DNA from: a virus
Taxonomy: Duplodnaviria > Caudoviricetes
DNA: 64,000 bases
Virus record (IMG/VR): IMGVR_UViG_3300014204_000162
Location: 1-64,000 of that record
Reading direction: 5' to 3' (one strand)
Under the pieces are notes generated by a model. It did no database searches and had not been told where the DNA came from. It worked only from the letters and a program-made list of their open reading frames with translations. The translations under genes and the position numbers were made by a program. Position 1 is the stretch's first letter; each line of letters starts with the position of its first letter. Shown here in pieces: positions 9,028 through 18,902 of the stretch.

Positions 9028-9309
9028 ATGTGGATTAGAAGCCAGAACAAAATAGACCTTATAGATATAACAGGCGAAAGATTCTATATACGTAATCAAT
9101 GTGTTTGGATTGATTTTCTTGATGGTAGTGAAGACGGTTGTCTAAAGTTAGGCATGTATAACTCACACGAACGAGCATTACAGGTACTTGATGAGATACA
9201 GAATCAGTTAACCAGTATATCTCATATACAAGCAAGTCAAGCAGACACTTCTGGTGGATGGCTTACAACTGAACACAGTGAAGTCATTTATCAAATGCCA
9301 GCAGAATAG
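9028..9309 (+). CDS. Hypothetical phage protein
   Basis: 'MWIRSQNK' start common in Firmicutes phages; SD GGAGG. Confidence 0.6.
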   Translation: MWIRSQNKIDLIDITGERFYIRNQCVWIDFLDGSEDGCLKLGMYNSHERALQVLDEIQNQLTSISHIQASQADTSGGWLTTEHSEVIYQMPAE

Positions 9310-9320
9310 GAGGGGTTAAT

Positions 9321-9545
9321 ATGAGTATAAGCCGCAAGCAAATTAATATTGTTGGTGATGGTCAAGACATTACAGTTTATGTATGGGAAGATAAAAACCC
9401 TGACTTTGAAGAAGATAGATTTTCTATAAGCATTGAAACCGACGACGACGCAGGAATTTCTGAATTTACGGTTGATGATGCCGGAAAAATTATAAAAGGC
9501 TTACAAGAGGCAATTGACTTTATAGAGAGCAATAAGGAGGCGTAG
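9321..9545 (+). CDS. Hypothetical acidic protein
   Basis: SD GGAGGGG; ORF. Confidence 0.55.
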   Translation: MSISRKQINIVGDGQDITVYVWEDKNPDFEEDRFSISIETDDDAGISEFTVDDAGKIIKGLQEAIDFIESNKEA

Positions 9546-9547
9546 GC

Positions 9548-9952
9548 GTGAGAGATATAAAGTTCAGAGGTAAGAGAATAGACACTCATGAGTGGGTGTA
9601 TGGGTACTATTCAAAAAGTGTGGAAAACAAAAGCTATATTTGTACGGACTTTTCATATAGAGATCATGTGATGCCATTCATAACTTTATATGAAGTTATC
9701 CCTGAGACAGTAGGGCCATATATAAGCCTAGACGATAAAAATGGCAAAGAGATATACAAAGGTGATATTGTAAATTGCAGTTTTGAAAATCGTGGAATAG
9801 GTGTAATCGGTTTTTCCCTCAATAATCAACAGACAATGATATATAAAAATTGTAGTTGCGACATGCCTATATGCGATTTGGATTACTTAATTGCTTCATT
9901 TTGTGAAGTTATAGGTAACATCCATGACAACCAGGACTTGCTAAAAAAATAG
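9548..9952 (+). CDS. YopX-family protein
   Basis: 'MRDIKFRGKRID..EWVYG', 'DKNGKEIYKGDIV', 'EVIGNIHDN'. Confidence 0.85.
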   Translation: MRDIKFRGKRIDTHEWVYGYYSKSVENKSYICTDFSYRDHVMPFITLYEVIPETVGPYISLDDKNGKEIYKGDIVNCSFENRGIGVIGFSLNNQQTMIYKNCSCDMPICDLDYLIASFCEVIGNIHDNQDLLKK

Positions 9953-10038
9953 CCCCCATAGGGGCATAGAAAAATACACATATCTATTTTACCACATTTG
10001 ATGGATAACAACCACCCATGTGGTAGTAAAGGGGGATT

Positions 10039-10311
10039 ATGAAGATTAAAAATTATGGAGCATTGATTATAATAGCCGTTTTTCTCTTTATTGTTATGAT
10101 CATTTACTCATTCAAGCATAAATATTCATGCAGGATCGTTGATACAACGATTGTGACTGTGAGAAAAAGTGATACCCTCTGGAGCCTGGCGAGGAAGATA
10201 CAGACAAAGAAAGATATACGGGAAGTAGTGGCAGATATAAAGGAGATAAACGGCATTACACCAGCAATCTATGAGGGGCAAAAGATAAAGATACCGGAAT
10301 ATGACAAGTGA
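10039..10311 (+). CDS. Membrane-anchored LysM protein (YneA-like architecture)
   Basis: N-terminal hydrophobic helix plus LysM 'VTVRKSDTLWSLA...IKEINGI...IYEGQKIKIP'. Confidence 0.8.
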   Translation: MKIKNYGALIIIAVFLFIVMIIYSFKHKYSCRIVDTTIVTVRKSDTLWSLARKIQTKKDIREVVADIKEINGITPAIYEGQKIKIPEYDK

Positions 10312-10371
10312 TATAAAAAATATGAAAGGATACCCACTCTATGAGGGGTTAAGGTTTAGGAGGATTTTTCT

Positions 10372-10617
10372 ATGAGATTGAATGAAACAGTAGAAATGAT
10401 GAATAGTGAGGACTACAAAGAAAGGTTTAAAGCTGAGTATTTACAGTTAAAGATTAGGATGATAGGGTTGAGTGCTATGCTTAAAAAATATAAGTCTGGT
10501 GAACTTAACTTTACACCATCTTGTAGTTATGATTTGCTTAACGGGCAATTTAAGGCTATGGATATGTATGCTTCCTATCTGGAAGAACGTGCAAAAATTG
10601 AAAACATTGAGTTGTAG
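10372..10617 (+). CDS. Conserved phage hypothetical protein
   Basis: 'M.SEDYKERFKAEY.QLKIR' motif; SD GGAGG. Confidence 0.7.
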   Translation: MRLNETVEMMNSEDYKERFKAEYLQLKIRMIGLSAMLKKYKSGELNFTPSCSYDLLNGQFKAMDMYASYLEERAKIENIEL

Positions 10618-10664
10618 GTTGATGCCGCATTTCAAAGTTATTATGATGCAAGAATGGAGGCATA

Positions 10665-11498
10665 ATGGAACTTTATCATGATCATTTCCAAAATTACAAA
10701 CGATATGACATACCAAAAGCACAGTTAATAATTGCTGATATACCCTACAACATAGGAGAAAATGCATATGCCAGTAGTCCGCAGTGGTATCAAGGCGGTG
10801 ACAATAAAAACGGTGAGAGTGAACTGGCAGGCAAAACATTCTTTGATACAGATAAAGACTTTAGAATAGCTGAATTTATGCATTTTGTCAGTACAATGCT
10901 CAAAAAGGAGCCAAAAGAACCGGGAAAAGCAGGATGCATGATAGTATTTTGCGAATTTGAACAGCAATTTATGCTCATACAGAAAGCTAAAGAATACGGG
11001 TTCAATCACTATATAAATCTTGTTTTCAAGAAAAATTACTCAGCTCAAGTATTAAAGGCAAACATGAAAATAGTTGGAAATTGTGAGTATGCAGTGCTTC
11101 TATACAGGGATAAATTACCTAAATTCAATAATGATGGGAAAATGGTGTTCAACTGCATGGATTATGTGAGAGATACTGCTACACCCAAAATACATCCCAC
11201 GCAAAAGAGTATAGAGGTTATAAAAAAACTTATTATGATTTTTACAGACATTGAAGATGTAGTAATAGATCCCTGTGCCGGGAGTGGGGTGACTTTGCTT
11301 GCCGCCGAAACATTAGGCCGGAAATCGTATGGTTTTGAAATCAAAAAAGAATATGTTGAAGCATTTAATTCCCAGCTGGCACAGAATGTGCAAATTTCAA
11401 TCTATCAAAACAAAATAGAGCAAAAGCGGTTAAACAATATTAAAATCCAATCTAGCCTTTATTCACCTGAAGAAGGCAGAAAGGAAGCAGGTGAGTAA
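10665..11498 (+). CDS. Site-specific DNA amino-methyltransferase (N6-A/N4-C, beta class)
   Basis: Catalytic ADIPYN, then 'HPTQKS' and 'DPCAGSG' SAM-binding motif. Confidence 0.85.
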   Translation: MELYHDHFQNYKRYDIPKAQLIIADIPYNIGENAYASSPQWYQGGDNKNGESELAGKTFFDTDKDFRIAEFMHFVSTMLKKEPKEPGKAGCMIVFCEFEQQFMLIQKAKEYGFNHYINLVFKKNYSAQVLKANMKIVGNCEYAVLLYRDKLPKFNNDGKMVFNCMDYVRDTATPKIHPTQKSIEVIKKLIMIFTDIEDVVIDPCAGSGVTLLAAETLGRKSYGFEIKKEYVEAFNSQLAQNVQISIYQNKIEQKRLNNIKIQSSLYSPEEGRKEAGE

Positions 11499-11738
11499 AT
11501 GAACTATGAAAGGCTATGGTACAAACTGAAAGACGCAGCTATCAGAAGTACAGACACATCGCTTGTAAAAACCATGGACAGGCTAGAAATTGATATGGTG
11601 CAGCGTGATGGTGTCACTGAAGTAAGGTTAGGGGAGTTAACGGTTGTTGACAGGGTAGAAGCTCTGAATACTTATTTAAATGAGTTTAGAAAGGGTATTG
11701 AGCAATACAAGAAAGCAAGCAGACTAAGCAGGTGGTAA
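11499..11738 (+). CDS. Hypothetical protein
   Basis: Coupled ORF with SD. Confidence 0.5.
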   Translation: MNYERLWYKLKDAAIRSTDTSLVKTMDRLEIDMVQRDGVTEVRLGELTVVDRVEALNTYLNEFRKGIEQYKKASRLSRW

Positions 11739-11787
11739 ATGCGGAGCGGCTTATAACCGCTCTTGTAAAGGCAGGTGATAAATAGGC

Positions 11788-11997
11788 ATGAACGAGCTAA
11801 AGGATTTAACTATGGAAGAAAAGAGACAGACAATCATGATTCAGATGGAACTGCTAAAAGACATGCTGATGTCTACTGGTTTAGCTATCGGCTTTGATAA
11901 GACGAATAATCGGCTCTTGTTTTTAGACAGAGAATTATATATCACAGCCGGTAAGACCGAAGGGTTCGGAGTCAGCATCGAAGAGCTAAGTTATTGA
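11788..11997 (+). CDS. Hypothetical protein
   Basis: SD GGCAGGTGA; ORF. Confidence 0.5.
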   Translation: MNELKDLTMEEKRQTIMIQMELLKDMLMSTGLAIGFDKTNNRLLFLDRELYITAGKTEGFGVSIEELSY

Positions 11998-12031
11998 ACA
12001 TACAAGCAATAAAGGCAGGTGATGTAATTGT

Positions 12032-12865
12032 ATGTCAAGAAACGCAAAAGGCAGGCTAATACATAGAAAAATTTCATATTGCAAGCAATTAGTAAGAGTT
12101 TCTGTATTGGCAAAACTTCTATTTACATGGATGATACCTAATACTGATGATTTAGGACGAATGGAGGGAGAACCAGAAGTAATAAAGGGCATGATATTCC
12201 CATATGAGGATTTTACTATAGATCAAATATATGCTGCACTTAAGGAACTATCAGATGAGAAACTCATTCTTTGGTATGAGGTTGACGGCAATAGATATAT
12301 ACAATTTCCTAATTTCAACAAGTACCAAACTCTAAGAAGAGATCGTGAACATATTTCAGATATACCACCGTATTCTGCTGTTGGCATACCAATGACAGAC
12401 AATGACAGCCATTGGTATGCCAATGACATACCAACGGCAGACATTGGCATGCCAATGGCAACCAATGACGGACAATGTCACCCCGAAGAGAAAGAGAATA
12501 AGAAGAGAATAAGAATAAGAAGTGAAGTAGAAGAAGAAGAGAAGAAGAAAGACGGTGGTGAACCACCGCTCTCTCTCGACCTTCAAGCAAAAGATTTATG
12601 TGAGTATTACGAAAAGCTTAAACCAGGACAATCCATAACGGCTCATTTTGATTATATGAAGATAAAGATAGATATGTATGGTTACGACTGGGTAAAAGAA
12701 GCAATGCAAAAATGTATATCTTCAACAGGAAAATTTGTAACTGCATGGATGGACAAGGTTTTAAAGAGTTGGCAAAACGAAGGGAGGGTAGAAGATGGAG
12801 CAACTGGGGCCAATGGGGAACCTACTGAATCAAATGATAGAGAAGGAATCGGCTTCTCAGTTTGA
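12032..12865 (+). CDS. Phage replication initiator (N-terminal wHTH, low-complexity linker, DnaD-like C-terminus)
   Basis: 'LLFTWMIPNTDDLGR', 'LILWYEVDGNRYIQFPNF.KYQ'; directly upstream of the helicase loader. Confidence 0.75.
   Translation: MSRNAKGRLIHRKISYCKQLVRVSVLAKLLFTWMIPNTDDLGRMEGEPEVIKGMIFPYEDFTIDQIYAALKELSDEKLILWYEVDGNRYIQFPNFNKYQTLRRDREHISDIPPYSAVGIPMTDNDSHWYANDIPTADIGMPMATNDGQCHPEEKENKKRIRIRSEVEEEEKKKDGGEPPLSLDLQAKDLCEYYEKLKPGQSITAHFDYMKIKIDMYGYDWVKEAMQKCISSTGKFVTAWMDKVLKSWQNEGRVEDGATGANGEPTESNDREGIGFSV
12381..12479. repeat. Iteron-like repeats and palindromes inside the initiator gene (putative replication origin)
   Basis: CAATG(A/G/T)C at 12390, 12400, 12421, 12453, 12463, 12473; inverted 14-mer pair 12381-94/12410-23; perfect palindrome CATTGGCATGCCAATG 12442-57. 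Confidence 0.65.
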
Positions 12866-13670
12866 ACTACTTGATAAAATATGTGAAGTATGCGGAAAAC
12901 CTTTATATAAGCAATATGAAATACTTGGAAGAAAACGAATCCTCCCCGTAATGTGCGATTGCAGGGTTGAAAAGTTTAATAAACTTAAACAGGAGGATGA
13001 TGCTAAAGAAAAACAAATACAGTTGGAGGCATTAATAAAAAATAGTCTGATGGATGAACAATTTAAAACTAGTACATTTGAAAATTGGAATTTTAGTAAA
13101 GGGAGCAGAGGAATGTATGAACTTGGCAAGCGTTATGCAAACAATTTTAAGGAATGTAAAAAGAAAGGTTTAGGACTATTGATATATGGGGACCCTGGCA
13201 ACGGGAAAACATATTTAAGCAGTTGCATAGCGAATGAGTTATTAAAACAGTTTGTGTCTGCAATATGTGTAAGCATAAATGGGTTGCTAATGCGGATACA
13301 GGAAACGTACAGCAAATTCGGAAAAGAAGCGGAAACAGATATAATAAAAGGTTTATATAATGCAGATTTATTGATTCTTGATGATTTGGGAACTGAGAAT
13401 AAGACACCATGGAGTAAAAGCACCATATATAACATAATCGATAGCAGGTACCGAAGTAAATTACCGCTGATAATTACAACAAACTTAGATGTAAACCCAA
13501 AGCAAACAAATGGCATATTGACAAGACTATATGACCGGAGAACAGAGGACAGAATACTTGAAATGTGTGTACCGATGCAGAATACAGGAAAAAGTATAAG
13601 GTTAGAAGAAGCCAAGGTTAACACTAATCTATTGAACGAAGTTTTATATAAGGAGGGGCTAAGCTTGTAA
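12795..13670 (+). CDS. DnaC/IstB-like helicase loader ATPase
   Basis: CxxC...CxC zinc site, Walker A GDPGNGKT, Walker B LLILDDLG, 'IITTN', 'DRILEM'. Confidence 0.85.
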   Translation: MEQLGPMGNLLNQMIEKESASQFELLDKICEVCGKPLYKQYEILGRKRILPVMCDCRVEKFNKLKQEDDAKEKQIQLEALIKNSLMDEQFKTSTFENWNFSKGSRGMYELGKRYANNFKECKKKGLGLLIYGDPGNGKTYLSSCIANELLKQFVSAICVSINGLLMRIQETYSKFGKEAETDIIKGLYNADLLILDDLGTENKTPWSKSTIYNIIDSRYRSKLPLIITTNLDVNPKQTNGILTRLYDRRTEDRILEMCVPMQNTGKSIRLEEAKVNTNLLNEVLYKEGLSL

Positions 13671-13862
13671 ATGAAATGTTTAATATGCCGGAGAGAGCTT
13701 AAAGATCCGCTGAGCATAAAACGGAAGATAGGGCCTATATGTTTCAGTAGGCTTGTAAAGATAAAGATTAAGAAGCTGATAAAAGTAAAGCCGGAGAATG
13801 GGCAGATAAGTTTATTTGATGAGGAGGGAAAGAGTGAACAAAACAAAGATAGATTGGGCTGA
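13671..13862 (+). CDS. Small zinc-finger protein (DUF6011-like)
   Basis: 'C..C.R.LKDP.SI.R.IGP.C'. Confidence 0.65.
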   Translation: MKCLICRRELKDPLSIKRKIGPICFSRLVKIKIKKLIKVKPENGQISLFDEEGKSEQNKDRLG

Positions 13863-14631
13863 CTATACTTGGAATCCTGTTACTGGTTGCTACCATGGTT
13901 GTGAGTATTGTTACGCAAGAAGGATAGCTGAAAGGTTTGGACAAGTGCCTTGCCAAAATGGCAATTGTAACATATGCGGGGACTGTGAAATGGAACCATC
14001 TTTTAAATGCGAGAGATACAGCCAATATGAGAAAATCCATGATTTAGAAACCCCGGTATACACTTTTAACCCCAAACGGATGCAACCTTATCCATTTGGA
14101 TTTGAACCTACGTTTCATCGTTACAGACTTGATGAACCTAAAAAGCTAAAGAAACCATCAAAGATATTTGTTGTCAGCATGGGTGATTTGTTCGGGGATT
14201 GGGTACCGGATGAATGGGTAGGAGAAGTTCTCAAAGCCTGTCAAGCAGCGCCACAACATCAATATCTGTTTTTAACTAAGAATCCTTATAGGTATGGTGA
14301 GTTTAAATTTCCTAAAAATTGTTGGTGCGGAACCACAATCACATGTATGAAAGATATATTAAAAGCACTACCAGTATTTAAAAAGCCTAATCATTTTATA
14401 AGTCTTGAACCTTTACTTGATAATGTGGATTTCAATGTATTTGAAGGTGGCTACAGTGGGTTGGGCTGGCTAATCATAGGTGCACAAACAGGACCCGGAG
14501 CCGTACCACCAAAGCCAGAATGGGTACAAAACATAATTGACCAGGCCAGGGCTGCAGGAGTACCGATATTTTTAAAAGATAATCTTAATTGGCCAGAGAA
14601 AATACAAGAATGGCCGGGGGGGTTGAAATGA
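13834..14631 (+). CDS. Phage Gp37/Gp68-family protein (DUF5131)
   Basis: 'TKIDWADYTWNPVTGCYHGCEYCYA', 'IFVVSMGDLF', 'LTKNP', 'GVPIFLK'. Confidence 0.85.
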   Translation: MNKTKIDWADYTWNPVTGCYHGCEYCYARRIAERFGQVPCQNGNCNICGDCEMEPSFKCERYSQYEKIHDLETPVYTFNPKRMQPYPFGFEPTFHRYRLDEPKKLKKPSKIFVVSMGDLFGDWVPDEWVGEVLKACQAAPQHQYLFLTKNPYRYGEFKFPKNCWCGTTITCMKDILKALPVFKKPNHFISLEPLLDNVDFNVFEGGYSGLGWLIIGAQTGPGAVPPKPEWVQNIIDQARAAGVPIFLKDNLNWPEKIQEWPGGLK

Positions 14632-14951
14632 AAGAAGTAAATGCGGAGCTATACCAGTTTTTAAAAGACAATGAGACTGGGCTTTACATGGATCAATACG
14701 GCGAAGCAATTGCATATGTGCATATACATTTCTCTGATTTGGATGATTTTACAAAAATTGTCGGAGCAGGTACTTTTGATGATGGAGGTCTTGACATCAC
14801 AATGTTTAAAACAACAATATGCGTTGAACTAAACGACATCATCGAAGCCGAAGGGCATAACTTGTCAAGCTATAAAGCTTGTTTTAACAAAGACGATTGG
14901 GAAGATTGCGAAGAAGCTATTTTGAAATATGAAAAAGAATATGAGGATTAA
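14628..14951 (+). CDS. Hypothetical acidic protein
   Basis: ATGA overlap; ORF. Confidence 0.55.
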   Translation: MKEVNAELYQFLKDNETGLYMDQYGEAIAYVHIHFSDLDDFTKIVGAGTFDDGGLDITMFKTTICVELNDIIEAEGHNLSSYKACFNKDDWEDCEEAILKYEKEYED

Positions 14952-14966
14952 TAGGAGGGGGTAGCA

Positions 14967-15650
14967 ATGAATCAAACATTATGGAATGAATTTCTAAGCG
15001 GTAAAGCAGTTGTAAATTGCAGGACAGAGAATCAAGCAGAGAAACTGTTTAGACAGTTGAGAGAAAAAGGGCTTAAGTGGGCTGATGGGAAATGTTTAGA
15101 AAGAACGCATTGGAATTGGGCTAAAGAAGCTACATGTTATGGATTTGATGAAAAAGAATTAAGATATGGAACATGGAAAGGGTTTGAGAAAGAAGACATA
15201 AACTTAATAACTTATAAGCAACTAATGGAACCAGAACCAGCAGAAACAACGGGAGCCGACAAGCATTATATGGGATGGGAGATCCTCAAGATGATCGAGG
15301 ACGGGAAACTCAAAGAGGGAGATACGATTGTTTGGCATAATGGCATAGACTCATTACAAGGAAAATTCTGCATAAATTCATTTAAAACAGTTGTTGATGA
15401 AGCAGGAGAATTTATTGATATATCATATTTCTGCCATCGTATAAAACAGTCTTATTTTACAGCAGAGCATAAAGAGGTAAAATACCTCACCTTTGACAAG
15501 GCAAGGCACAGCGGTAAAAAGTTTAAACTTAAAACATGGGAATGCGACTATAAAAGCCTAAGCGACGTATTAGCAACATTATATACGTGTTATTTAGAAG
15601 ACAAAATAAACAGCCTTTTAGACCAGGAAGTTTGGGAGGTAGAAAAATGA
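14967..15650 (+). CDS. Hypothetical phage protein
   Basis: SD GGAGGGGG; 227 aa. Confidence 0.6.
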   Translation: MNQTLWNEFLSGKAVVNCRTENQAEKLFRQLREKGLKWADGKCLERTHWNWAKEATCYGFDEKELRYGTWKGFEKEDINLITYKQLMEPEPAETTGADKHYMGWEILKMIEDGKLKEGDTIVWHNGIDSLQGKFCINSFKTVVDEAGEFIDISYFCHRIKQSYFTAEHKEVKYLTFDKARHSGKKFKLKTWECDYKSLSDVLATLYTCYLEDKINSLLDQEVWEVEK

Positions 15651-16057
15651 ATAAAATAATAATCATTGGCAGGCTTACACGCGATCCTGAATTACGTTTT
15701 GCTGCAGGATCAGGAACAGCGGTTGTAAGCTTTACGGTTGCAGTAGATAGACAGTTCAAGAATAAAGATGGGCAGAAGGAGACAGACTTCATCAATTGCG
15801 TCCAGTTTGGCAAAGGAGCAGAGAATACAGCTAACTATACGGCAAAAGGAAGTCTTGTAGGAGTATCAGGCAGGATTCAGACGAGAAACTATGAGAACAA
15901 AGAGGGGAAAAAAGTATATGTAACTGAAGTTGTTGCAGACGAAGTACAGTTCTTGGACAAGAAAGATAAAGGGGCAGGAACATCATCACCTGCACCAAAT
16001 CTTGACAGTGATCCAGATTTCGGGCCGGCAGACATAAGTAATGATATTCCATTTTAA
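15647..16057 (+). CDS. ssb: Single-stranded DNA-binding protein
   Basis: 'MNKIIIIGRLTRDPELR', 'TDFINCV', 'VYVTEVVADEVQFL', C-terminal DIPF. Confidence 0.95.
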   Translation: MNKIIIIGRLTRDPELRFAAGSGTAVVSFTVAVDRQFKNKDGQKETDFINCVQFGKGAENTANYTAKGSLVGVSGRIQTRNYENKEGKKVYVTEVVADEVQFLDKKDKGAGTSSPAPNLDSDPDFGPADISNDIPF

Positions 16058-16204
16058 AAATGATAGGAAGTGATTAATTGACCAAATTATCAAAGGTTCA
16101 ATTTCTCTCGATGTACAAGCGTGACAGGGACATAAAAGAGCGAGCAGAGCGCGATATAAACAACTATATATCGGATAGAACGGCAATGATTAATAAGAGA
16201 TGCC

Positions 16205-16444
16205 ATGGTACGACAATTAAGGGTGCTTGGAATAAAAGGAGTTGATAATATGCCGGGTGGACCTCATCTAAACTGGGAAGATAAACGAATACTCGAAGCA
16301 GGCAGAACAGTTATTAACAAACTGTATAATAAAGAACTTAAAAATCAATTCTGCCTTGAAATAGAATTTAAAAAATTAACAGGATACAGGCAAAGTTACC
16401 AATCGATATTGAAACATATAAAGGAGGGCGGAAAAGTTGGGTAG
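16205..16444 (+). CDS. Hypothetical protein
   Basis: ORF coupled to the next gene; start uncertain. Confidence 0.4.
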   Translation: MVRQLRVLGIKGVDNMPGGPHLNWEDKRILEAGRTVINKLYNKELKNQFCLEIEFKKLTGYRQSYQSILKHIKEGGKVG

Positions 16445-17201
16445 AATATGGACGAATGAGCAAGATGAATACTTAAGCAATAATTGGGGTAAGATGTCAT
16501 TTCAAAATATTGCAAAGAAATTAGAGAAAAGCGTAGTTGCTATTGGAATACATGGGAAAAGAGTATTAAGGCTTGGCCCAACCAAAGATGCTCAGGGCCG
16601 CATAAATGCTAACCAACTTGCAAATATATGCAAAATAGATAGGCATGTTATAACTGATAATTGGATCACAAAACGTGGATTAAAAGCAACAAAGAAAATA
16701 ACAAAAAATGAATTCAAATTTTGGCTAATAAATAGTAATGACTTTTGGAAATGGGCTGAAAAAAATAAGGATGCAATCAACTTTTCCAAAATAGAACGGG
16801 ATGAATTAGTTCCAGAACCTCCATGGGTTGAGCTTGAAAGGAAAAGAGATTATAAGGAAATTCCTAAAAAACAGTTTAAGTTATGGACGTCCGAAGAAGA
16901 TAGGCAGTTAATAAATTTAATCAGATCCGGAAAAACATATAAACAAATTGCAACAATTATGGATAGAACATCTTTTAGTTGCGAACATAGATATTCCAGA
17001 TTGGTTAAAAGGCAAAAAGCAAAGTTAAAGAAAATTCAATTGCCTTGGACAAATACGGAAAATAATATGATGCTTGACATGGAGAAACAGGGATTGAGGG
17101 ATGAGGAGATAGCTTATAAACTTGGCAGAGAGCCGGACCACATAAGAGATCATCGGCGGAATTTAAGGGATAAGGGACTATATAAAGGCTATAAATATTA
17201 G
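16437..17201 (+). CDS. DNA-binding protein with repeated Myb/HTH-like units
   Basis: Three 'WTxEED/WTNEQD/WTNTEN' repeats followed by helix-turn-helix-like segments. Confidence 0.65.
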   Translation: MGRIWTNEQDEYLSNNWGKMSFQNIAKKLEKSVVAIGIHGKRVLRLGPTKDAQGRINANQLANICKIDRHVITDNWITKRGLKATKKITKNEFKFWLINSNDFWKWAEKNKDAINFSKIERDELVPEPPWVELERKRDYKEIPKKQFKLWTSEEDRQLINLIRSGKTYKQIATIMDRTSFSCEHRYSRLVKRQKAKLKKIQLPWTNTENNMMLDMEKQGLRDEEIAYKLGREPDHIRDHRRNLRDKGLYKGYKY

Positions 17202-17639
17202 TTTGGGAGTGTTAATGAGTGAGAATAGATGAGCTAACAAATGGCATAGTAACCCTCTATCAAAGTGGAATACCTGCAAGACAAGCTATAGCAGCAGTAA
17301 AAGAAATAGGAAATAATACGGATAAGTTTGTACAACCAGATACCAAAAATTCGCTCAAATTAGTGCCTAGGAACCCGCTAAAATGTAAAGAGGTATAAAT
17401 ACATGTATCAAAATGGTATATGGCAAAATAAAGCGTTTTAAAAGGGGCAGAAAAATAATGGCAATGCCTAAAGCACATATTGATATTGACGTACTTAATA
17501 AGATGATGGCGAACTATCAAAGCAATAAATATAAACGAGCTAATAGAAAGAAAGCAGAAGAAGAATATAGAAAGGCAACTGGATATTTATATTCATACGG
17601 AACTTTGTACAGGTATTGGAAAGGAGCGAATATTAAATA

Positions 17640-17822
17640 ATGGCAACAAATGGCCAAAAGGAGTTACTCGAAAAGTTATATGAAGAATTAGGGCAGGAAC
17701 CAGAAGACATTGATAATATGACAACCCAAGAAGCTTCAAGAGCAATCAAAGAACTTCTAGAGATAAAAAAGGATAAGAGGAAGTTTGAAGCACATGAAGA
17801 TGATTGCTATTACTACAAATAA
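17640..17822 (+). CDS. Hypothetical protein
   Basis: 'MAT.GQK.LL.KL..ELG' ORF with SD. Confidence 0.5.
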   Translation: MATNGQKELLEKLYEELGQEPEDIDNMTTQEASRAIKELLEIKKDKRKFEAHEDDCYYYK

Positions 17823-17841
17823 AATAAAAGGGGATTAAATC

Positions 17842-18093
17842 ATGGAAAAGAAAATGTTATTAAAAATCACCGATGAAGAAAGAGAACAGGTACTTGATAT
17901 TGATGCTAAAATAAAAAGTTGTTCTAAAACAATAGAAGAATTGACAGATATAAGGGCTGACGCATTAAAAGCACAATATAAATGGTGGAGAGCAATTGAA
18001 GTTAAGCATTCAGATGAAATTATGGATGCTTGTGGAAATTTTAAAAGACTAACCTATAATCCGGCGACATCTGAGGTTTTTATAGAAGAATGA
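17842..18093 (+). CDS. Hypothetical protein
   Basis: ORF with SD. Confidence 0.5.
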   Translation: MEKKMLLKITDEEREQVLDIDAKIKSCSKTIEELTDIRADALKAQYKWWRAIEVKHSDEIMDACGNFKRLTYNPATSEVFIEE

Positions 18094-18105
18094 TAAAAGG
18101 GTACT

Positions 18106-18492
18106 GTGGTAAGTATCCACAGTACCCCAGTGAACTCAAAACGTGCGGGAACACGAATCAAAGTTCAACAACAGTATACAACGATTACCGATATGAGCGA
18201 AAGGAGAATAGATGTGTGCGATTGTTTGAAAGAGCTTGAGGAACGATTGAAAGATAAATTCAGAGAAGAATATACAAATGCAGGAATTAAAAATTCTTAT
18301 TTTGAAAATAGCGCATTAATGCAACGTGGCAAAAAAGATAATAAAGCATTTATGAATTATGAGTTAACATCCTGCTATCAGATTAAATATACGGTCAAAA
18401 GCGCAAAAGGCAAAGAATTAAATAAGAAAAAAGATTATTATGTTTGCTTCAAATACTGTCCCTTTTGTGGAGAAAAGTTAGAAAAGGAATGA
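18106..18492 (+). CDS. Hypothetical protein with C-terminal CPFCG motif
   Basis: CDC and CPFC motifs; start uncertain. Confidence 0.5.
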   Translation: MVSIHSTPVNSKRAGTRIKVQQQYTTITDMSERRIDVCDCLKELEERLKDKFREEYTNAGIKNSYFENSALMQRGKKDNKAFMNYELTSCYQIKYTVKSAKGKELNKKKDYYVCFKYCPFCGEKLEKE

Positions 18493-18496
18493 TGGA

Positions 18497-18898
18497 ATGT
18501 ACATGACCGAGGAACAATATCGAGAATACTTAAAGCGCAGGGGAATAAAAATTGCAGATGAAAAGTCTAAGAAAAAGCCTAAATATAACAACAAACATAC
18601 ATGGGTAGATGGGGTATGTTTCGATAGTAAAAAAGAGGCTGATTATTACGGAACTTTGAAATTATTACAGAAGGCAGGAGCCATAAAAGGCTTCTGCCGA
18701 CAATGCGAATTTATATTAAGTGAAGGCAATGAGTCAACAAATGCAATTAAATATATTGCCGACTTTATAGTTTTTAAAAGTGATGGAACCTTTGATATTG
18801 TTGATACAAAAGGCATCGAAACAGATGTATTTAAACTTAAACATAAGATGTTCAAAACAAAATATCCAGAGTTGAAATTAAAAATTGTAAAGGAGTAA
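18497..18898 (+). CDS. DUF1064-family putative endonuclease
   Basis: 'KYNNK...DG..FDSKKEADYY..LK', 'KYIADF', 'DTKG..TDVFKLK.K.F'. Confidence 0.85.
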   Translation: MYMTEEQYREYLKRRGIKIADEKSKKKPKYNNKHTWVDGVCFDSKKEADYYGTLKLLQKAGAIKGFCRQCEFILSEGNESTNAIKYIADFIVFKSDGTFDIVDTKGIETDVFKLKHKMFKTKYPELKLKIVKE

Positions 18899-18902
18899 AT
18901 CT

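Noticed and set aside
12485-12550. GAA/AGA purine-rich low-complexity tract
   Set aside because: It encodes the charged linker typical of phage initiators; noted only as context for the candidate origin.
13133-13846. Long minus-strand ORFs opposite real genes (also 53694..54293, 45213..45698, 43679..44053 and similar)
   Set aside because: Antisense shadows of well-supported + strand genes; no SD and no recognisable motifs.
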